Assembly (NCBI GenBank): GCA_028718945.1
Contig: JAQUKT010000002.1
Coordinates: 7,874 to 71,873 of the forward strand
Direction of reading: 5' to 3'
Origin: Actinomycetota bacterium
GTDB taxonomy: Bacteria; Actinomycetota; Geothermincolia; Fen-727; JAQUKT01
DNA: 64,000 nt
Shown: in pieces, positions 8,904 through 19,188 of the stretch
How the letters are laid out: every line of letters starts with the position of its first letter
Position numbering within the stretch: the stretch's first letter is position 1
Program-made: the position numbers and the translations under genes
Notes under the pieces: model-generated
Told to the model about the DNA's origin: nothing
Databases searched by the model: none
Seen by the model: the letters and a program-made list of their open reading frames with translations, nothing else

Positions 8904-9750
8904 TGCAATTATTGGATCTGCCGCGAATACTGAGGGGCAGAGGCTCTTAGAGGTGCCGGTGGCGGACATCAAACCCAACCCCGGCCAGCCGCGAACCAGA
9001 TTTGATAGAGAGTCAATTGAGGGGATGGCTCGGTCGATAAAAGCTTTCGGGGTCCTTCAGCCGGTGATCCTCAGGCCAGTTGGAACGGAGTATGAGCTGA
9101 TTGCCGGTGAACGGAGGTGGCTTGCTGCAAAGGAAGCGGGGTTAGAAAGAATACCAGCCATAGTGAGAGAGTCATCGGAGACAGGTTCACTTGAAATTGC
9201 ACTGATTGAGAATATCCACAGGGATGGGCTAAATGGAATAGAGCAGGCGCATGCGTATCAACGCTTGCTGGATGACTTTGGCATTACGCACGAGGAACTT
9301 TCCGGAAGGCTCGGGAAAAGCAGGGTATCGATATCAAACACAATGAGATTGCTTAAACTGCCTTTGGAAGTCCAGGACTACATTATGAATGGGGAAATCA
9401 CCGAGGGGCATGCTCGGGCGATTCTACAGGTGGAGGGCGACGAAGCACGGAAAAATCTTGCGAGAAGGGTCGTAAAAGAGGGTCTGTCGGTAAGGGAGAC
9501 TGAGATTTATGCCGGAAAGTTAGAGAATGCTGCTCTTGATGCTGGGGCCGAGAAGAGAAAGAAGGGTACAGTTCCAGTTGAGGTTTCGAGCATATTGAGG
9601 AGACTCGAGGAGATTCTCGATACACGGGTCAGAGCAAGCTTTGGGAAGAAGAAAGGCAGAGTGATTGTTGAAGTAAAGGATATTGGTGATCTCAAAAGGA
9701 TAGCCGATATTGTCGAATCCGGCGTGGCTGACACGGAACGCTTCAGGTAG
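8872..9750 (+). CDS. parB: chromosome partitioning protein ParB/Spo0J
   Basis: 292 aa with N-terminal 'GLGKGLDAIIG' and ParB box 'GERRWLAAKEAG' plus an HTH region. Overlaps the parA 3' end. Confidence 0.9.
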   Translation: MARKGLGKGLDAIIGSAANTEGQRLLEVPVADIKPNPGQPRTRFDRESIEGMARSIKAFGVLQPVILRPVGTEYELIAGERRWLAAKEAGLERIPAIVRESSETGSLEIALIENIHRDGLNGIEQAHAYQRLLDDFGITHEELSGRLGKSRVSISNTMRLLKLPLEVQDYIMNGEITEGHARAILQVEGDEARKNLARRVVKEGLSVRETEIYAGKLENAALDAGAEKRKKGTVPVEVSSILRRLEEILDTRVRASFGKKKGRVIVEVKDIGDLKRIADIVESGVADTERFR

Positions 9751-9815
9751 CCTTCGTAGTTTGGTAGCCTTTCCTTAGATAGTCCCTCCGCGAAATCGGC
9801 GCGTCTTGATTAGCA

Positions 9816-10754
9816 TTACTCCCCAAGAGCCAAGCGGACGAGTCTTTCAACGAGATCCCCGAAGGAAATGCCGGCTGCCTCAGCAGCGATTGGTAGCAAA
9901 CTGGTCTCAGTCATGCCGGGGCTTACATTCAATTCCAGAACGTAAGGAACACTGTCTTTGCCCACGATAATATCGACTCTTGATATGTCTTTACAGCCAA
10001 GGAGTTTGTGAGCCTCGAGTGCCATCCTCTCAGCTTCTTTGAGCACCTTCTCTTCGAGCCTTGCTGGGACGAAATACTCTGTTTTGCCCGGAGTGTACCT
10101 GGAGTCGAAATCGAAGAATCCCGATTCTGGGACTATTTCGACTGGCGGAAGGACAGAGAGGTCCTGATCGCCGATAACACTGACTGCGATTTCGCATCCA
10201 TCGATAAACTCTTCAATGAGAACCTTGTCATCGTAGCCAAGAGCGGAAAGAATTGCGCTTGCCATGTCGCTTTTGTTGGATACTATACTGAGGCCGAGTG
10301 CAGAGCCCTGGGCAGAAGGCTTGACGACGAGTCGGGGACCTAACTTCCCCCAAATTGGATCGAGTAGTTTTGCCGCTCCCATACCCTCAAACGTCGGCGC
10401 GCTGAGGGCATAGTATCTTGGCGTGGGTATTCCATGCCTCTTGAACAACTCCTTTGAAAGTATTTTGTTGAAGCCAATGATGCTTGACAGGGGCCCCGGA
10501 CCAGTGAAGGGAATTCCCATCAATTCGAGAAGTTCCTGAATAGTCCCGTCCTCTCCATATTTACCGTGCAGTGCGATGTATACGAGGTCGGGTTTCTGTT
10601 CAAGGAGGGTGGGGACCAGTAATTCGTTGACATCTATTTCTAACACAGAGAAGCCTCTACCCCTTAAAGCCTGTGCCACTCTTCTTCCGGATTTGAGCGA
10701 TACGCTCCTTTCAAGCGAGCGACCACCCATCAGTACTGCTATTTTTGACTTCAT
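9816..10754 (-). CDS. ddl: D-alanine--D-alanine ligase
   Basis: 312 aa with ATP-grasp fold. N-terminal 'IAVLMGGRSLERSVSLKSG' and C-terminal 'LELNVSPGMTETSLLP' are typical of Ddl. Confidence 0.9.
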   Translation of the reverse strand: MKSKIAVLMGGRSLERSVSLKSGRRVAQALRGRGFSVLEIDVNELLVPTLLEQKPDLVYIALHGKYGEDGTIQELLELMGIPFTGPGPLSSIIGFNKILSKELFKRHGIPTPRYYALSAPTFEGMGAAKLLDPIWGKLGPRLVVKPSAQGSALGLSIVSNKSDMASAILSALGYDDKVLIEEFIDGCEIAVSVIGDQDLSVLPPVEIVPESGFFDFDSRYTPGKTEYFVPARLEEKVLKEAERMALEAHKLLGCKDISRVDIIVGKDSVPYVLELNVSPGMTETSLLPIAAEAAGISFGDLVERLVRLALGE

Positions 10755-10771
10755 GCGATTTCCTCCTTTGG

Positions 10772-12019
10772 TCAGTGGCTATTGTTGAGCCCTAACGAGT
10801 GATAAAGGCTTATCTCCCTTTCTACAACCTTGCCGAGCCTCATGATACCCTCGGATATCTGAGGCTCCGTAGGGAAGCTGAAGTTCAATCTCATCATGTT
10901 TGCCCCGCTGCCATCCGCAAAAAAAGCGACGCCAGGGACGAATGCGACCCCGGATTCGATTGCTAAAGGCAGCATCTTGGTTGTATCAAGGTATTCCGGG
11001 AGTGTAACCCAAATAAACAAACCACCCTCGGGGTTTGTCCAACGGCATTCGCTCGGGAAATGTTTTTCTAATGACCTTATCATGGCATCCTTTCGCGATT
11101 TGTAGATTGGTTTCAGGTTGTTGATGTTCTTCTTCCAAAGGTCACGCGAGATGAGACGCTCTGCGAACATTTGATTTAGGCTGGATGAGCAAAGGTCTGC
11201 GGACTGCTTGAGTATGGCAAGGCGGTCTATTATCGGAAGAGGTGCGTTGACCCACCCGATGCGGATTCCCGGAGAAACTATCTTAGAGAGAGTTCCAAGG
11301 TAAACTACTCGGGTTTTCTCGAGTGCAACTATTGGCAGGAGCGGCTCCCCGTCGAACCTCAGGAGACCGTACGGGTTGTCTTCTATTATCAGGAAGTCAT
11401 ATTCTTCGGCAAGTTCAATAAGCCTTTTTCGCCGGGGTGCGCTCATTGTGACACCCGCCGGGTTGTGAAAGTTGGGGACCACGTAGGCAAACTTGGGCTT
11501 AAGGCCATTTTTGAGTTCTCTTGAAAGAATATCTACATCCATCCCCATGTGGTCTAATGGTATCGTCGTAAAATTTGGCATCGCGGCACGAAAGGCTGAC
11601 AGGGCTCCAACGTATGTTGGACCTTCCACTACGATGCTGTCACTGGGATCTATGAAGATTCTGGCGAGAAGATCGAGCGCTTGCTGGCTTCCTGTTGTGA
11701 TGAGGATGTGGTTTTCTTCTGCCGTTATTCCTTCGGAAGCCATCACTTTAATAAGTGCTCTTTTTAGAGGCATTCTTCCTTCAGTTTCGCAATATTGAAG
11801 TGCCTCAGCGTGGGACTCCTTGAGGACTTGGAGCATGGCGTCGGAGACTTCCCCAGCGGGAAGACTTTCCGTAAATGGTAGCCCGCCAGCAAAAGAGATA
11901 ACATCGCCACGGCCACCAGCACTCATCAGGTCCCTGATTTCTGAAGACCTGAGATGGTGACTCGACGAAGAGTAGAAACTGGCGTACGGGTCGAAAGTTA
12001 TTCCGGAAGACATTCTCAC
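10772..12019 (-). CDS. PLP-dependent aminotransferase, fold-type I (AAT-I / LysN-MocR-like catalytic domain, no HTH)
   Basis: 415 aa. 'ISFAGGLP' N-terminal motif and 'YLGTLSKIVSPGIRIGW' containing the PLP-lysine region. Lies 17 nt upstream of ddl on the same strand. Confidence 0.8.
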   Translation of the reverse strand: MRMSSGITFDPYASFYSSSSHHLRSSEIRDLMSAGGRGDVISFAGGLPFTESLPAGEVSDAMLQVLKESHAEALQYCETEGRMPLKRALIKVMASEGITAEENHILITTGSQQALDLLARIFIDPSDSIVVEGPTYVGALSAFRAAMPNFTTIPLDHMGMDVDILSRELKNGLKPKFAYVVPNFHNPAGVTMSAPRRKRLIELAEEYDFLIIEDNPYGLLRFDGEPLLPIVALEKTRVVYLGTLSKIVSPGIRIGWVNAPLPIIDRLAILKQSADLCSSSLNQMFAERLISRDLWKKNINNLKPIYKSRKDAMIRSLEKHFPSECRWTNPEGGLFIWVTLPEYLDTTKMLPLAIESGVAFVPGVAFFADGSGANMMRLNFSFPTEPQISEGIMRLGKVVEREISLYHSLGLNNSH

Positions 12020-12278
12020 TCCATCCTATTCCATCCTATTGCCCGCGGCTTAGGTGAAACTAATGCAATTGAAGGCTGCTGTCAAATCATCCAAATGGTA
12101 GGATAACTGGTAAGGGGGAATTCCTAAAAGCGCACGGGGCACGCCCATGCGCAGTTGCGTTGGTTTCATGGCTTGCGTCGTTTATGCTGAAAGAAAACAA
12201 AGTTCTTGGCAGGACGATGATTATTCGCTTTCGGTGAAATATAATTGTTGGCGGAAACAATTGAGGGGGCACTAAGAG

Positions 12279-13133
12279 TTGGACGAAAAAGAGGCTTTGG
12301 CGCTCTTGAAGAGAAGAATCCTCATTGACCGAGGGTTTGATGTTAGGCAATACAAAGAAAACTATCTGAAGAGAAGGGTTGCCGTCAGAATGAGAGCAAC
12401 AGGCACAGCGAACATGTTTGATTATTTGAGACTCCTCAGGGATGACTCAGGCGAATACTCGAAGTTGTTTGACGAGCTTACCATAAACGGGACCCAGTTT
12501 TTCAGGGACGAGGATGTATATATAAAGCTTAGAGACAAAGTGATTCCCGACATAATAGATAGGAAGAAGGATATATCGGCGAGATCCATAAGGGCCTGGA
12601 GTGTCGGTTGTGCGAGTGGGGAAGAGCCGTATTCTATTGCAATGCTCATTGACTTCCTCCTCGGAAGCGAGATGAACAGTTGGAATGTTAGAATACTCGC
12701 AAGCGATATTGATGAGGGAAGCCTTGAGGCCACAAAGCGAGCAATATACCAGACCTGCGGGGTGTTGAAGGGCATGGACCCCGATAGATACTTCATTGTT
12801 GAGGAGACTGAAAGTGGCAGGGTTTACAGGGTGAGAGATGAGATAAAGCGACACGTCAGGGTAGAGAAGATAGATTTGCTCAAGGAAAACGAAAAAAAGC
12901 ATTTTGACCTCCTGCTTTGCAGGAATGTGCTTATCTATTTTTCGAAAGAGGTTCAAAGGGAAATAGTTTTATCGCTTGCGTCGAGCATGGTCAGAGATGG
13001 CTATCTTGTTCTCGGTAAGTCGGAGACACTTGGTCCCGAGGGATTGTCCATTCTTGAACCCGCTTTTCCACGGGAGAGAATATTCAGACTTGTTGGAGAG
13101 ACTCGAGGTGAGGTTAGCAGGCGGCATTCTTAG
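12279..13133 (+). CDS. cheR: chemotaxis protein methyltransferase CheR (TTG start)
   Basis: 284 aa. N-terminal all-helical domain followed by SAM-MTase 'RAWSVGCASGEEPYSIAM'. First gene of the che operon. Confidence 0.9.
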   Translation: MDEKEALALLKRRILIDRGFDVRQYKENYLKRRVAVRMRATGTANMFDYLRLLRDDSGEYSKLFDELTINGTQFFRDEDVYIKLRDKVIPDIIDRKKDISARSIRAWSVGCASGEEPYSIAMLIDFLLGSEMNSWNVRILASDIDEGSLEATKRAIYQTCGVLKGMDPDRYFIVEETESGRVYRVRDEIKRHVRVEKIDLLKENEKKHFDLLLCRNVLIYFSKEVQREIVLSLASSMVRDGYLVLGKSETLGPEGLSILEPAFPRERIFRLVGETRGEVSRRHS

Positions 13134-13145
13134 ACGGGGGCAGAG

Positions 13146-14489
13146 GTGAAAGAGAAAGGGATAATGGAAGAGAGAAATAGCAATGAGACTGGTGAGTCGG
13201 GAGTCGTGCTCAAATGGCGGAACCTTCCAATGAGCACAAGATTCATGCTGAGAACCGCAGCCTTTTCGCTTCCGGCAACTATCATTGCTGGAGTCATATT
13301 TGTGATTGTTCTCGTTCCCCATCCGAGCCTCGGGAAGTATCTTCAGGGCGTGGGCCTTGGTTTCGCAGCTGGGGTAGTCGCAATCGCCACTGCTGGAACT
13401 GCTGCGGTCATAATGTATGTAAGACCCGTGGAGCGAATGAGGCAGGTTGCTGAGAGCCTTGCCGGACGCGATTTCACCGTAGAGGTTGACCTCGGCAAGC
13501 GATTGGAACTGCTTCCAATACAGGATTCTTTCAACGGAATGATCTCCTCGATCAGGGAAATAGTTGAACAGATGCGTTTGGTTGCTGATAGCGTGGCAGG
13601 TTCGAGCAGCTTAATGGCGTCGGTTGCAAAGGATACGAGCGATGCGGTCCAGAGCACTGCGTCAACTGTTGCAGGTCTTGCGAAGGGTGCGGAAGATCAG
13701 GTCAACTCTATGATGGTTGCCTCGAGCACCATAAATCAGATGGCGGAGGAGATAAACAGGGTTGCTGAAGCAACACGTGAGGTTGCAAGGTATAGCATAG
13801 AGGCAAGGGTAACCGTTGAGGAGGGTGTCAACGCGATTGATCAGTCGAGACAGAAGATAGAGAGACTTGTTGAAACCACAAGCGCAAGCGCAGCTTCTGT
13901 GAGAAACCTCGGAGAGCTCTCGGAGCAAGTGGGACTGATTGTTGATGTGATCACTGACATTGCAGACCAGACGAATCTTCTTGCTCTCAATGCTGCGATC
14001 GAGGCCGCAAGAGCTGGGGAACATGGAAAGGGCTTCGCTGTTGTTGCGGGCGAGGTGCGAAAGCTTGCTGAGGGTTCGGCGCGAGCCGCAAGCCAGATTG
14101 CGAGCATCATACGGGAAATCCAGAAATCGATAGGTGAAACTTCCAAGTCAATGGAGGGGAGTTCCAAGGATGCCTCAGAAGGTTCGAGTGCAGTCGGCGA
14201 TGCCGAGAGCGCGCTCCATACAATAAAGGAAGCGGTTGAGACAATTGGTGCAGAAACTCACGAGATCTCTCAGGCTACGGAGACTCTGGATGAGGGCTCA
14301 AACAAGGTCGTGGAGATAATAGGCTCGGTGGCGAGCATCTCGGAAGAGTCGGCCTCTGCGACGCAAGAAGTATCTGCAACGGTTGAGGAGCAGACTGCTT
14401 CAATGGAGGAAGTGTCGGCAACGGCAGCTGAACTTGCCGAGGCTGCGGAGAGGTTAAGAAAAATAATCGAGGAAATAAGGACGCAGTAG
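13146..14489 (+). CDS. methyl-accepting chemotaxis protein (2 TM, HAMP, MA domain)
   Basis: 447 aa with two TM helices, a HAMP domain and the conserved MCP hairpin '[37 protein letters not shown]'. Confidence 0.9.
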   Translation: MKEKGIMEERNSNETGESGVVLKWRNLPMSTRFMLRTAAFSLPATIIAGVIFVIVLVPHPSLGKYLQGVGLGFAAGVVAIATAGTAAVIMYVRPVERMRQVAESLAGRDFTVEVDLGKRLELLPIQDSFNGMISSIREIVEQMRLVADSVAGSSSLMASVAKDTSDAVQSTASTVAGLAKGAEDQVNSMMVASSTINQMAEEINRVAEATREVARYSIEARVTVEEGVNAIDQSRQKIERLVETTSASAASVRNLGELSEQVGLIVDVITDIADQTNLLALNAAIEAARAGEHGKGFAVVAGEVRKLAEGSARAASQIASIIREIQKSIGETSKSMEGSSKDASEGSSAVGDAESALHTIKEAVETIGAETHEISQATETLDEGSNKVVEIIGSVASISEESASATQEVSATVEEQTASMEEVSATAAELAEAAERLRKIIEEIRTQ

Positions 14490-14506
14490 ACCAGCGTGGA
14501 GGGGAA

Positions 14507-15010
14507 ATGGGAGAAAGAAGGTTTACGGTTGCGGGCGAGATGCAGCTGGTAGCTTTCAAAGTAGGGAAAGAGAGCTTTGGCGTGGATGTAAAGAAGGTTG
14601 AGGGTGTAATTTCTCTGGTTGACATAACAAGGATGCCCCGCTCCCCTTCCTTTGTTGAGGGAATAATAAACTTAAGGGGACAGATAATTGCCGTTGTTGA
14701 TCTTGCTTCGAGGCTCGGGATAGAGGGTTCAGGGCGGGGATCGAAGACGAGGATTGTTGTAGTTGAATCCGAAGATGTGAAGATTGGGCTGATTGTTGAC
14801 TCGCCAGAAGTGATTGCGATCAATCCGGAAGATATTGAACCCACTCCACAAATTGCTGTTGGTGAGGTTGAGTCATCATTCATAAAGGGAGTGGTGAAGA
14901 TGGATGACAAGCTGCTGATCCTGCTCGATGTGGACAGAGTTCTCTCGGAAGAGGAGAGGGCTGACGTTAGCGATTTCGAGCATGAGGAAAAGGGAACAGG
15001 GGGTATCTGA
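14507..15010 (+). CDS. cheW: chemotaxis coupling protein CheW
   Basis: 167 aa with CheW-like domain ('VAFKVGKESFGVDVKKV...INLRGQIIAVVDL'). Confidence 0.9.
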   Translation: MGERRFTVAGEMQLVAFKVGKESFGVDVKKVEGVISLVDITRMPRSPSFVEGIINLRGQIIAVVDLASRLGIEGSGRGSKTRIVVVESEDVKIGLIVDSPEVIAINPEDIEPTPQIAVGEVESSFIKGVVKMDDKLLILLDVDRVLSEEERADVSDFEHEEKGTGGI

Positions 15011-15051
15011 CCCCGTGGGGAATTTCCATCACAAGAGGAGGGAATACGCGT

Positions 15052-15423
15052 ATGGGTCCTACCGTGCTGATTGTTGATGATGCGCTTTTCATGAGGATGA
15101 TGATAAGAGACATCCTTACGAAAGATGGATTTGAAATTGTTGGCGAGGCTGAGAATGGCGTCGAGGCGGTCAAGAAATATGCCGAGCTCAATCCTGACCT
15201 CGTGACGATGGACATCGTGATGCCGGAAATGGACGGAATCGAAGCCGTGAGGAACATAATAAAAAACGACCCTGGTGCCAAGATACTTATGTGCAGTGCA
15301 ATGGGGCAGCAACCGATGGTGGTGGAGGCTTTGGAAGCGGGTGCCAAGGATTTCATCATAAAGCCGTTTCAGCCGGCAAAGGTGTTGGAGGCCGTGAGGA
15401 AAGCTTTACGTGGAGAAGAGTGA
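15052..15423 (+). CDS. cheY: chemotaxis response regulator CheY
   Basis: 123-aa single REC domain ('VLIVDD...VTMDIVMPEMDG...K'). Confidence 0.85.
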   Translation: MGPTVLIVDDALFMRMMIRDILTKDGFEIVGEAENGVEAVKKYAELNPDLVTMDIVMPEMDGIEAVRNIIKNDPGAKILMCSAMGQQPMVVEALEAGAKDFIIKPFQPAKVLEAVRKALRGEE

Positions 15424-16477
15424 TTTGAGCAAGCGGGGAGAAAAGATCTCTGTTCTGGTTGTTGATGATTCTGCGCTGGTAAGGCAGATTCTGACGGACA
15501 TGATTTCAAAGGATCCCGATCTCTTCGTTATCGGGACAGCTAAGGATGGAGTCGAGGCGGTGAAGCTCACAAGTGAGCTCGACCCCGATGTGGTAACGAT
15601 GGACATTAACATGCCTGACATGGATGGTCTTTCTGCACTCGAGTACATAATGAAGAAGAGCCCGAGACCGGTGGTGATGCTTTCCGCCCTCGTGAAAGAG
15701 GGGGCGGATGTGACGATGAAGGCTCTCGAGCTTGGGGCAGTTGATTTCATTTTGAAGCCGTCGGAGTTTCCCACTTCCGTGTGTGAAATCAAAGATGATG
15801 TGATCGGTAAGATAAAAGCCGCGGCTGGCTCGAGGGTAAGAGAAGTCTGGGAGAGAGCGCGCAAAATAAGTGCTCCAAGAAGGCTGAAACTCAAGAAGGC
15901 AGGAGTACGAGGGGGGAGAATGGTTGTCATTGGTGCGTCTGCTGGTGGGCCAAGGGCAATAAGCGAGGTACTCGAGGTTATACCAAAGGAATTTCCGGGC
16001 TACATGGTTGTGGTTCAGCACATGCCGGGACACTTTACAGAGTCATTTGCGGAAAGATTGAATGAAAGGTCCGGCATATTTGTGAAGGAAGCGGAAGACG
16101 GGGAAGAAGTTACTCCAGGGTGTGCCCTCGTTGCTCCCGGTGGGAAGGACATGTTGATCGAGGGAGAGGGGAGTTCGTTAAGGGCCAGGCTTCTACAGAC
16201 CGTTGCGAGGCATGGAGCGAGCCCCGTGATTGATGTCACCATGGAGAGCGTCGCTAAGGTTTTCTCTGACAAGGCTATTGGCGTGATATTGTCGGGCATG
16301 GGCAACGATGGGGCTATGGGTCTCGGGATGATTAAGGATGCAGGCGGCTTGACCATCGCCCAGGACGAATCCACCTGTCTCGTGTATGGAATGCCTAGGG
16401 TAGCTATCGAGATGGGGCTTGTGGATGTCGTTTTGCCGCTGGAGAAAATCGCCAAGGAGATACTGTCCAACTTATGA
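15410..16477 (+). CDS. cheB: chemotaxis response regulator protein-glutamate methylesterase CheB (GTG start)
   Basis: 355 aa with an N-terminal REC domain and a C-terminal CheB methylesterase ('VVIGASAGGPRAISEVL', 'GMGNDGAMGL'). Confidence 0.9.
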   Translation: MEKSDLSKRGEKISVLVVDDSALVRQILTDMISKDPDLFVIGTAKDGVEAVKLTSELDPDVVTMDINMPDMDGLSALEYIMKKSPRPVVMLSALVKEGADVTMKALELGAVDFILKPSEFPTSVCEIKDDVIGKIKAAAGSRVREVWERARKISAPRRLKLKKAGVRGGRMVVIGASAGGPRAISEVLEVIPKEFPGYMVVVQHMPGHFTESFAERLNERSGIFVKEAEDGEEVTPGCALVAPGGKDMLIEGEGSSLRARLLQTVARHGASPVIDVTMESVAKVFSDKAIGVILSGMGNDGAMGLGMIKDAGGLTIAQDESTCLVYGMPRVAIEMGLVDVVLPLEKIAKEILSNL

Positions 16478-16489
16478 GAGGTTTTTGTC

Positions 16490-18541
16490 ATGGAGATGGA
16501 TGTTTCACAGTATAAGGAGCTATTTATCTCTGAATCGAAGGAACACCTCGAGTCTCTTAACAGATTTCTTCTCGAGCTGGAGAACGACCCGTCGAACACA
16601 GATGTACTAAACGAGATATTCCGCTCCGCGCATACACTGAAGGGCATGTCAGCCACCATGGGTTATGACGCACTGATGAAACTCGCTCATGAGATGGAGA
16701 ATCTCTTGGAGCATTTGAGAACGGGCTCTATAAAAATCAGTGCTGCTGTCATTGATACACTTTTTATGTGCTTTGATGCTCTTGAGGCGATGATAAATGC
16801 GATAGCGGAGGACAAGCTTGATCAGGCGGAGCTTGAAACCGTTATCGCGGCAATAAGGGAGATAATAGGAGGCTCCGAGGAGCAATCGATTTCGAGAAGA
16901 GTGCTCGCTACTGATGAACGCGAGCGTGAGAAGGAAGCCGAGAAGCCGGAAGAGAGGCACGAAGCTCTTGCTGAGAGAATAGAAGGAGAACACGAGGAGC
17001 AGAAGACCTTAGAGGTCGAGGAAGAGAAACTTAAAAGATATTCCTCTATTCCGGGAATGAGGGTTATGAATGTAGAGGTAGGGCTGGCAGCCGGGTGCCT
17101 CCTTAAGTCTGTGAGAGTATTCATGGTTTTCAAAAAATTATCTCAAGTTGGAGATGTGATTGCTTCCCAGCCACCTGTTGAGGAGCTTGAGGACGAAAAG
17201 TTTGAAACAGCTTTCAAAGTTGCGGTTGCCTCGCCCGAGACGCCGGAAAAGGTCGAAAAAGCACTGCTTGGGATTGCCGAGATAGAGAGAGTTTCGGTTG
17301 AGACGATTCTTGAGCCGAAGATTGCCGCTCCTTCGGGAGAGGTTGAGAAACCAGAGGTGGAAGCCAGAGCTGGAACAGCTGCGGTCTTGCGGAAGACTCA
17401 GAGCGTGAGGGTGAATATCGAAAGGCTGGACACTCTGATGAATCTCGTCGGGGAGCTCGTGATAAACAGAACCAGGCTTTCCGAGATAGCTTCTTCGTAC
17501 AATATACCCGAGTTGAGAGAAGCGCTTGACCAGACTGCCAGACTGACGTCGGAGTTGCAGGACGAGGTAATGAAAACGAGGATGGTTCCCGTTGAGAACA
17601 TATTCAACAGATTTCCGAGAATGGTGCGAGACCTCGCGCATTCCAGTGGCAAAGAGATTGATTTTGTCATTGAAGGAAAAGAAATTGAGTTGGATCGCGC
17701 CATACTGGACGAAATATCCGATCCGCTCGTACACATGATACGAAACGCTGTTGATCATGGCATATCGACGCCAGAGGAAAGAGTGAAGCGTGGCAAGCCG
17801 GCGAGGGGGATGATAAAGCTCTCCGCGTATCGCGAAAGGAATTTTGTTGCGATTGAGGTTGAGGATGACGGGGAGGGAATTGACCATCATGAGGTTTTCA
17901 AAGCGGCGGTGAAGAGGGGGCTCGTAGCAGAAGATGAGAGCAGGCAACTTACCCGGGATGATATATTGAGGGTGATTTCAATGCCTGGTTTTTCTACCAC
18001 CGAGGAGGTCAGCGGGGTATCGGGACGTGGAGTAGGCATGGATGCCGTAAAGTCCAAGACCGAATCTCTCGGAGGGCATGTTGTTCTCGATACCGAGGAG
18101 GGAAGAGGAACGAGGGTAACTCTAATGCTGCCGCTCACTCTTGCGATAGTCCAGGCGCTCCTCGTTGAGGTTTCAGACGAGATATATGCGATTCCGCTTG
18201 GGACAGTGAGGGAAACGCACGTTACGAGTCCCGCAGAAATAAAAACAGCCCAGAATCAGGAAACTATCTTTTTGAGGGACAGCGTTATCCCCCTGGTGAG
18301 ACTTGATAGACTGCTTGGATGCAGCAGAGTTTTGAATGGTTCTGAGGCGTTTCCTGTGGTGATAACCGAGAGTGGCCACAGGCTTGTTGCGATAGGTGTT
18401 CATTCCCTGATCGGACAGCAGGAGATAGTGATAAGCACGCTCGATAAGTTCCTCAAGAAGATAGAAGGTTTCGCTGGGGCGACGATCATGGGGAGTGGGA
18501 GGGTTGCGCTAATACTGGATGTTCCGAGCTTGGTTTTTTAG
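16490..18541 (+). CDS. cheA: chemotaxis histidine kinase CheA
   Basis: 683 aa. HPt 'AHTLKGMSATMG', dimerisation domain, HATPase_c ('IRNAVDHGIS...IEVEDDGEGID') and a C-terminal CheW-like domain. Confidence 0.9.
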   Translation: MEMDVSQYKELFISESKEHLESLNRFLLELENDPSNTDVLNEIFRSAHTLKGMSATMGYDALMKLAHEMENLLEHLRTGSIKISAAVIDTLFMCFDALEAMINAIAEDKLDQAELETVIAAIREIIGGSEEQSISRRVLATDEREREKEAEKPEERHEALAERIEGEHEEQKTLEVEEEKLKRYSSIPGMRVMNVEVGLAAGCLLKSVRVFMVFKKLSQVGDVIASQPPVEELEDEKFETAFKVAVASPETPEKVEKALLGIAEIERVSVETILEPKIAAPSGEVEKPEVEARAGTAAVLRKTQSVRVNIERLDTLMNLVGELVINRTRLSEIASSYNIPELREALDQTARLTSELQDEVMKTRMVPVENIFNRFPRMVRDLAHSSGKEIDFVIEGKEIELDRAILDEISDPLVHMIRNAVDHGISTPEERVKRGKPARGMIKLSAYRERNFVAIEVEDDGEGIDHHEVFKAAVKRGLVAEDESRQLTRDDILRVISMPGFSTTEEVSGVSGRGVGMDAVKSKTESLGGHVVLDTEEGRGTRVTLMLPLTLAIVQALLVEVSDEIYAIPLGTVRETHVTSPAEIKTAQNQETIFLRDSVIPLVRLDRLLGCSRVLNGSEAFPVVITESGHRLVAIGVHSLIGQQEIVISTLDKFLKKIEGFAGATIMGSGRVALILDVPSLVF

Positions 18542-18561
18542 TGAAGTTTAGAGGGTCGAAA

Positions 18562-19188
18562 ATGAGCGAAAAAAAGTTCGATGGTGTCTTGAGCAGCGTG
18601 CAGATAGACGCTCTCAGGGAAGTAGGAAACATAGGGGCGGGGAATGCAGCAATAGCCCTTTCGGAGATGGTCGAGAAAAGAGTAGAACTTTCGGTTCCCA
18701 AAGCGAACCTTCTACCTCTGGCGAAGGTGCCCGCTCTCGTGGGCGGCCCGGAAACGCCGGTTGCCGGTGTGTACTTGCGGGTATTCGGCGAGACGCGTGG
18801 AAGCATCCTTTTGCTCCTGGAAAGGGACAGCGCGATGTCGCTCGCGGATTTCATGGTGAACCGCAAGCTCGGCAATTTTGACGATGAAAAATTGCGTAGG
18901 TCGGCGCTCAAGGAAACGGGAAGCATAATCTCCGGGGCTTACCTTTGTGCTTTGAGCGAGCTGACGGGGCTGAATTTCAAGCAATCAGTTCCTGCCTTTG
19001 CAATGGATATGGCGGGGGCGATACTCGACCATGTCCTGGTTGGCCATGCAGAGTGTGAAGACTACGTGCTGGTTGTTGAAACCGACTTCAAGGTCGAGGG
19101 AGTGAGAATTCAGGGGCATCTCATTCTCTTTCCTGACCTTGGGACATTGAGTGTTATTCTTGAACGTCTTGGAGTGCCGATTGAGTGA
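18562..19188 (+). CDS. cheC: CheC-family chemotaxis phosphatase (probable ATG 18562; track ORF starts GTG 18541)
   Basis: CheC/FliY motifs 'DALREVGNIGAGNAAIALSEM' and 'ETGSIISGAYLCALSEL'. RBS GAGGG before the ATG at 18562. Confidence 0.8.
   Translation: MSEKKFDGVLSSVQIDALREVGNIGAGNAAIALSEMVEKRVELSVPKANLLPLAKVPALVGGPETPVAGVYLRVFGETRGSILLLLERDSAMSLADFMVNRKLGNFDDEKLRRSALKETGSIISGAYLCALSELTGLNFKQSVPAFAMDMAGAILDHVLVGHAECEDYVLVVETDFKVEGVRIQGHLILFPDLGTLSVILERLGVPIE

Noticed and set aside
12020-12278. Short direct repeat 'tccatcctattccatcctat' and 87-aa ORF 12087-12350 in the aminotransferase/cheR divergent promoter region
   Set aside because: The repeat is only 2 x 10 bp and is likely promoter-region low complexity. 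The ORF is on the wrong strand relative to both promoters and overlaps the cheR start.
17138-17947. 269-aa minus-strand ORF inside cheA
   Set aside because: It is antisense to cheA.
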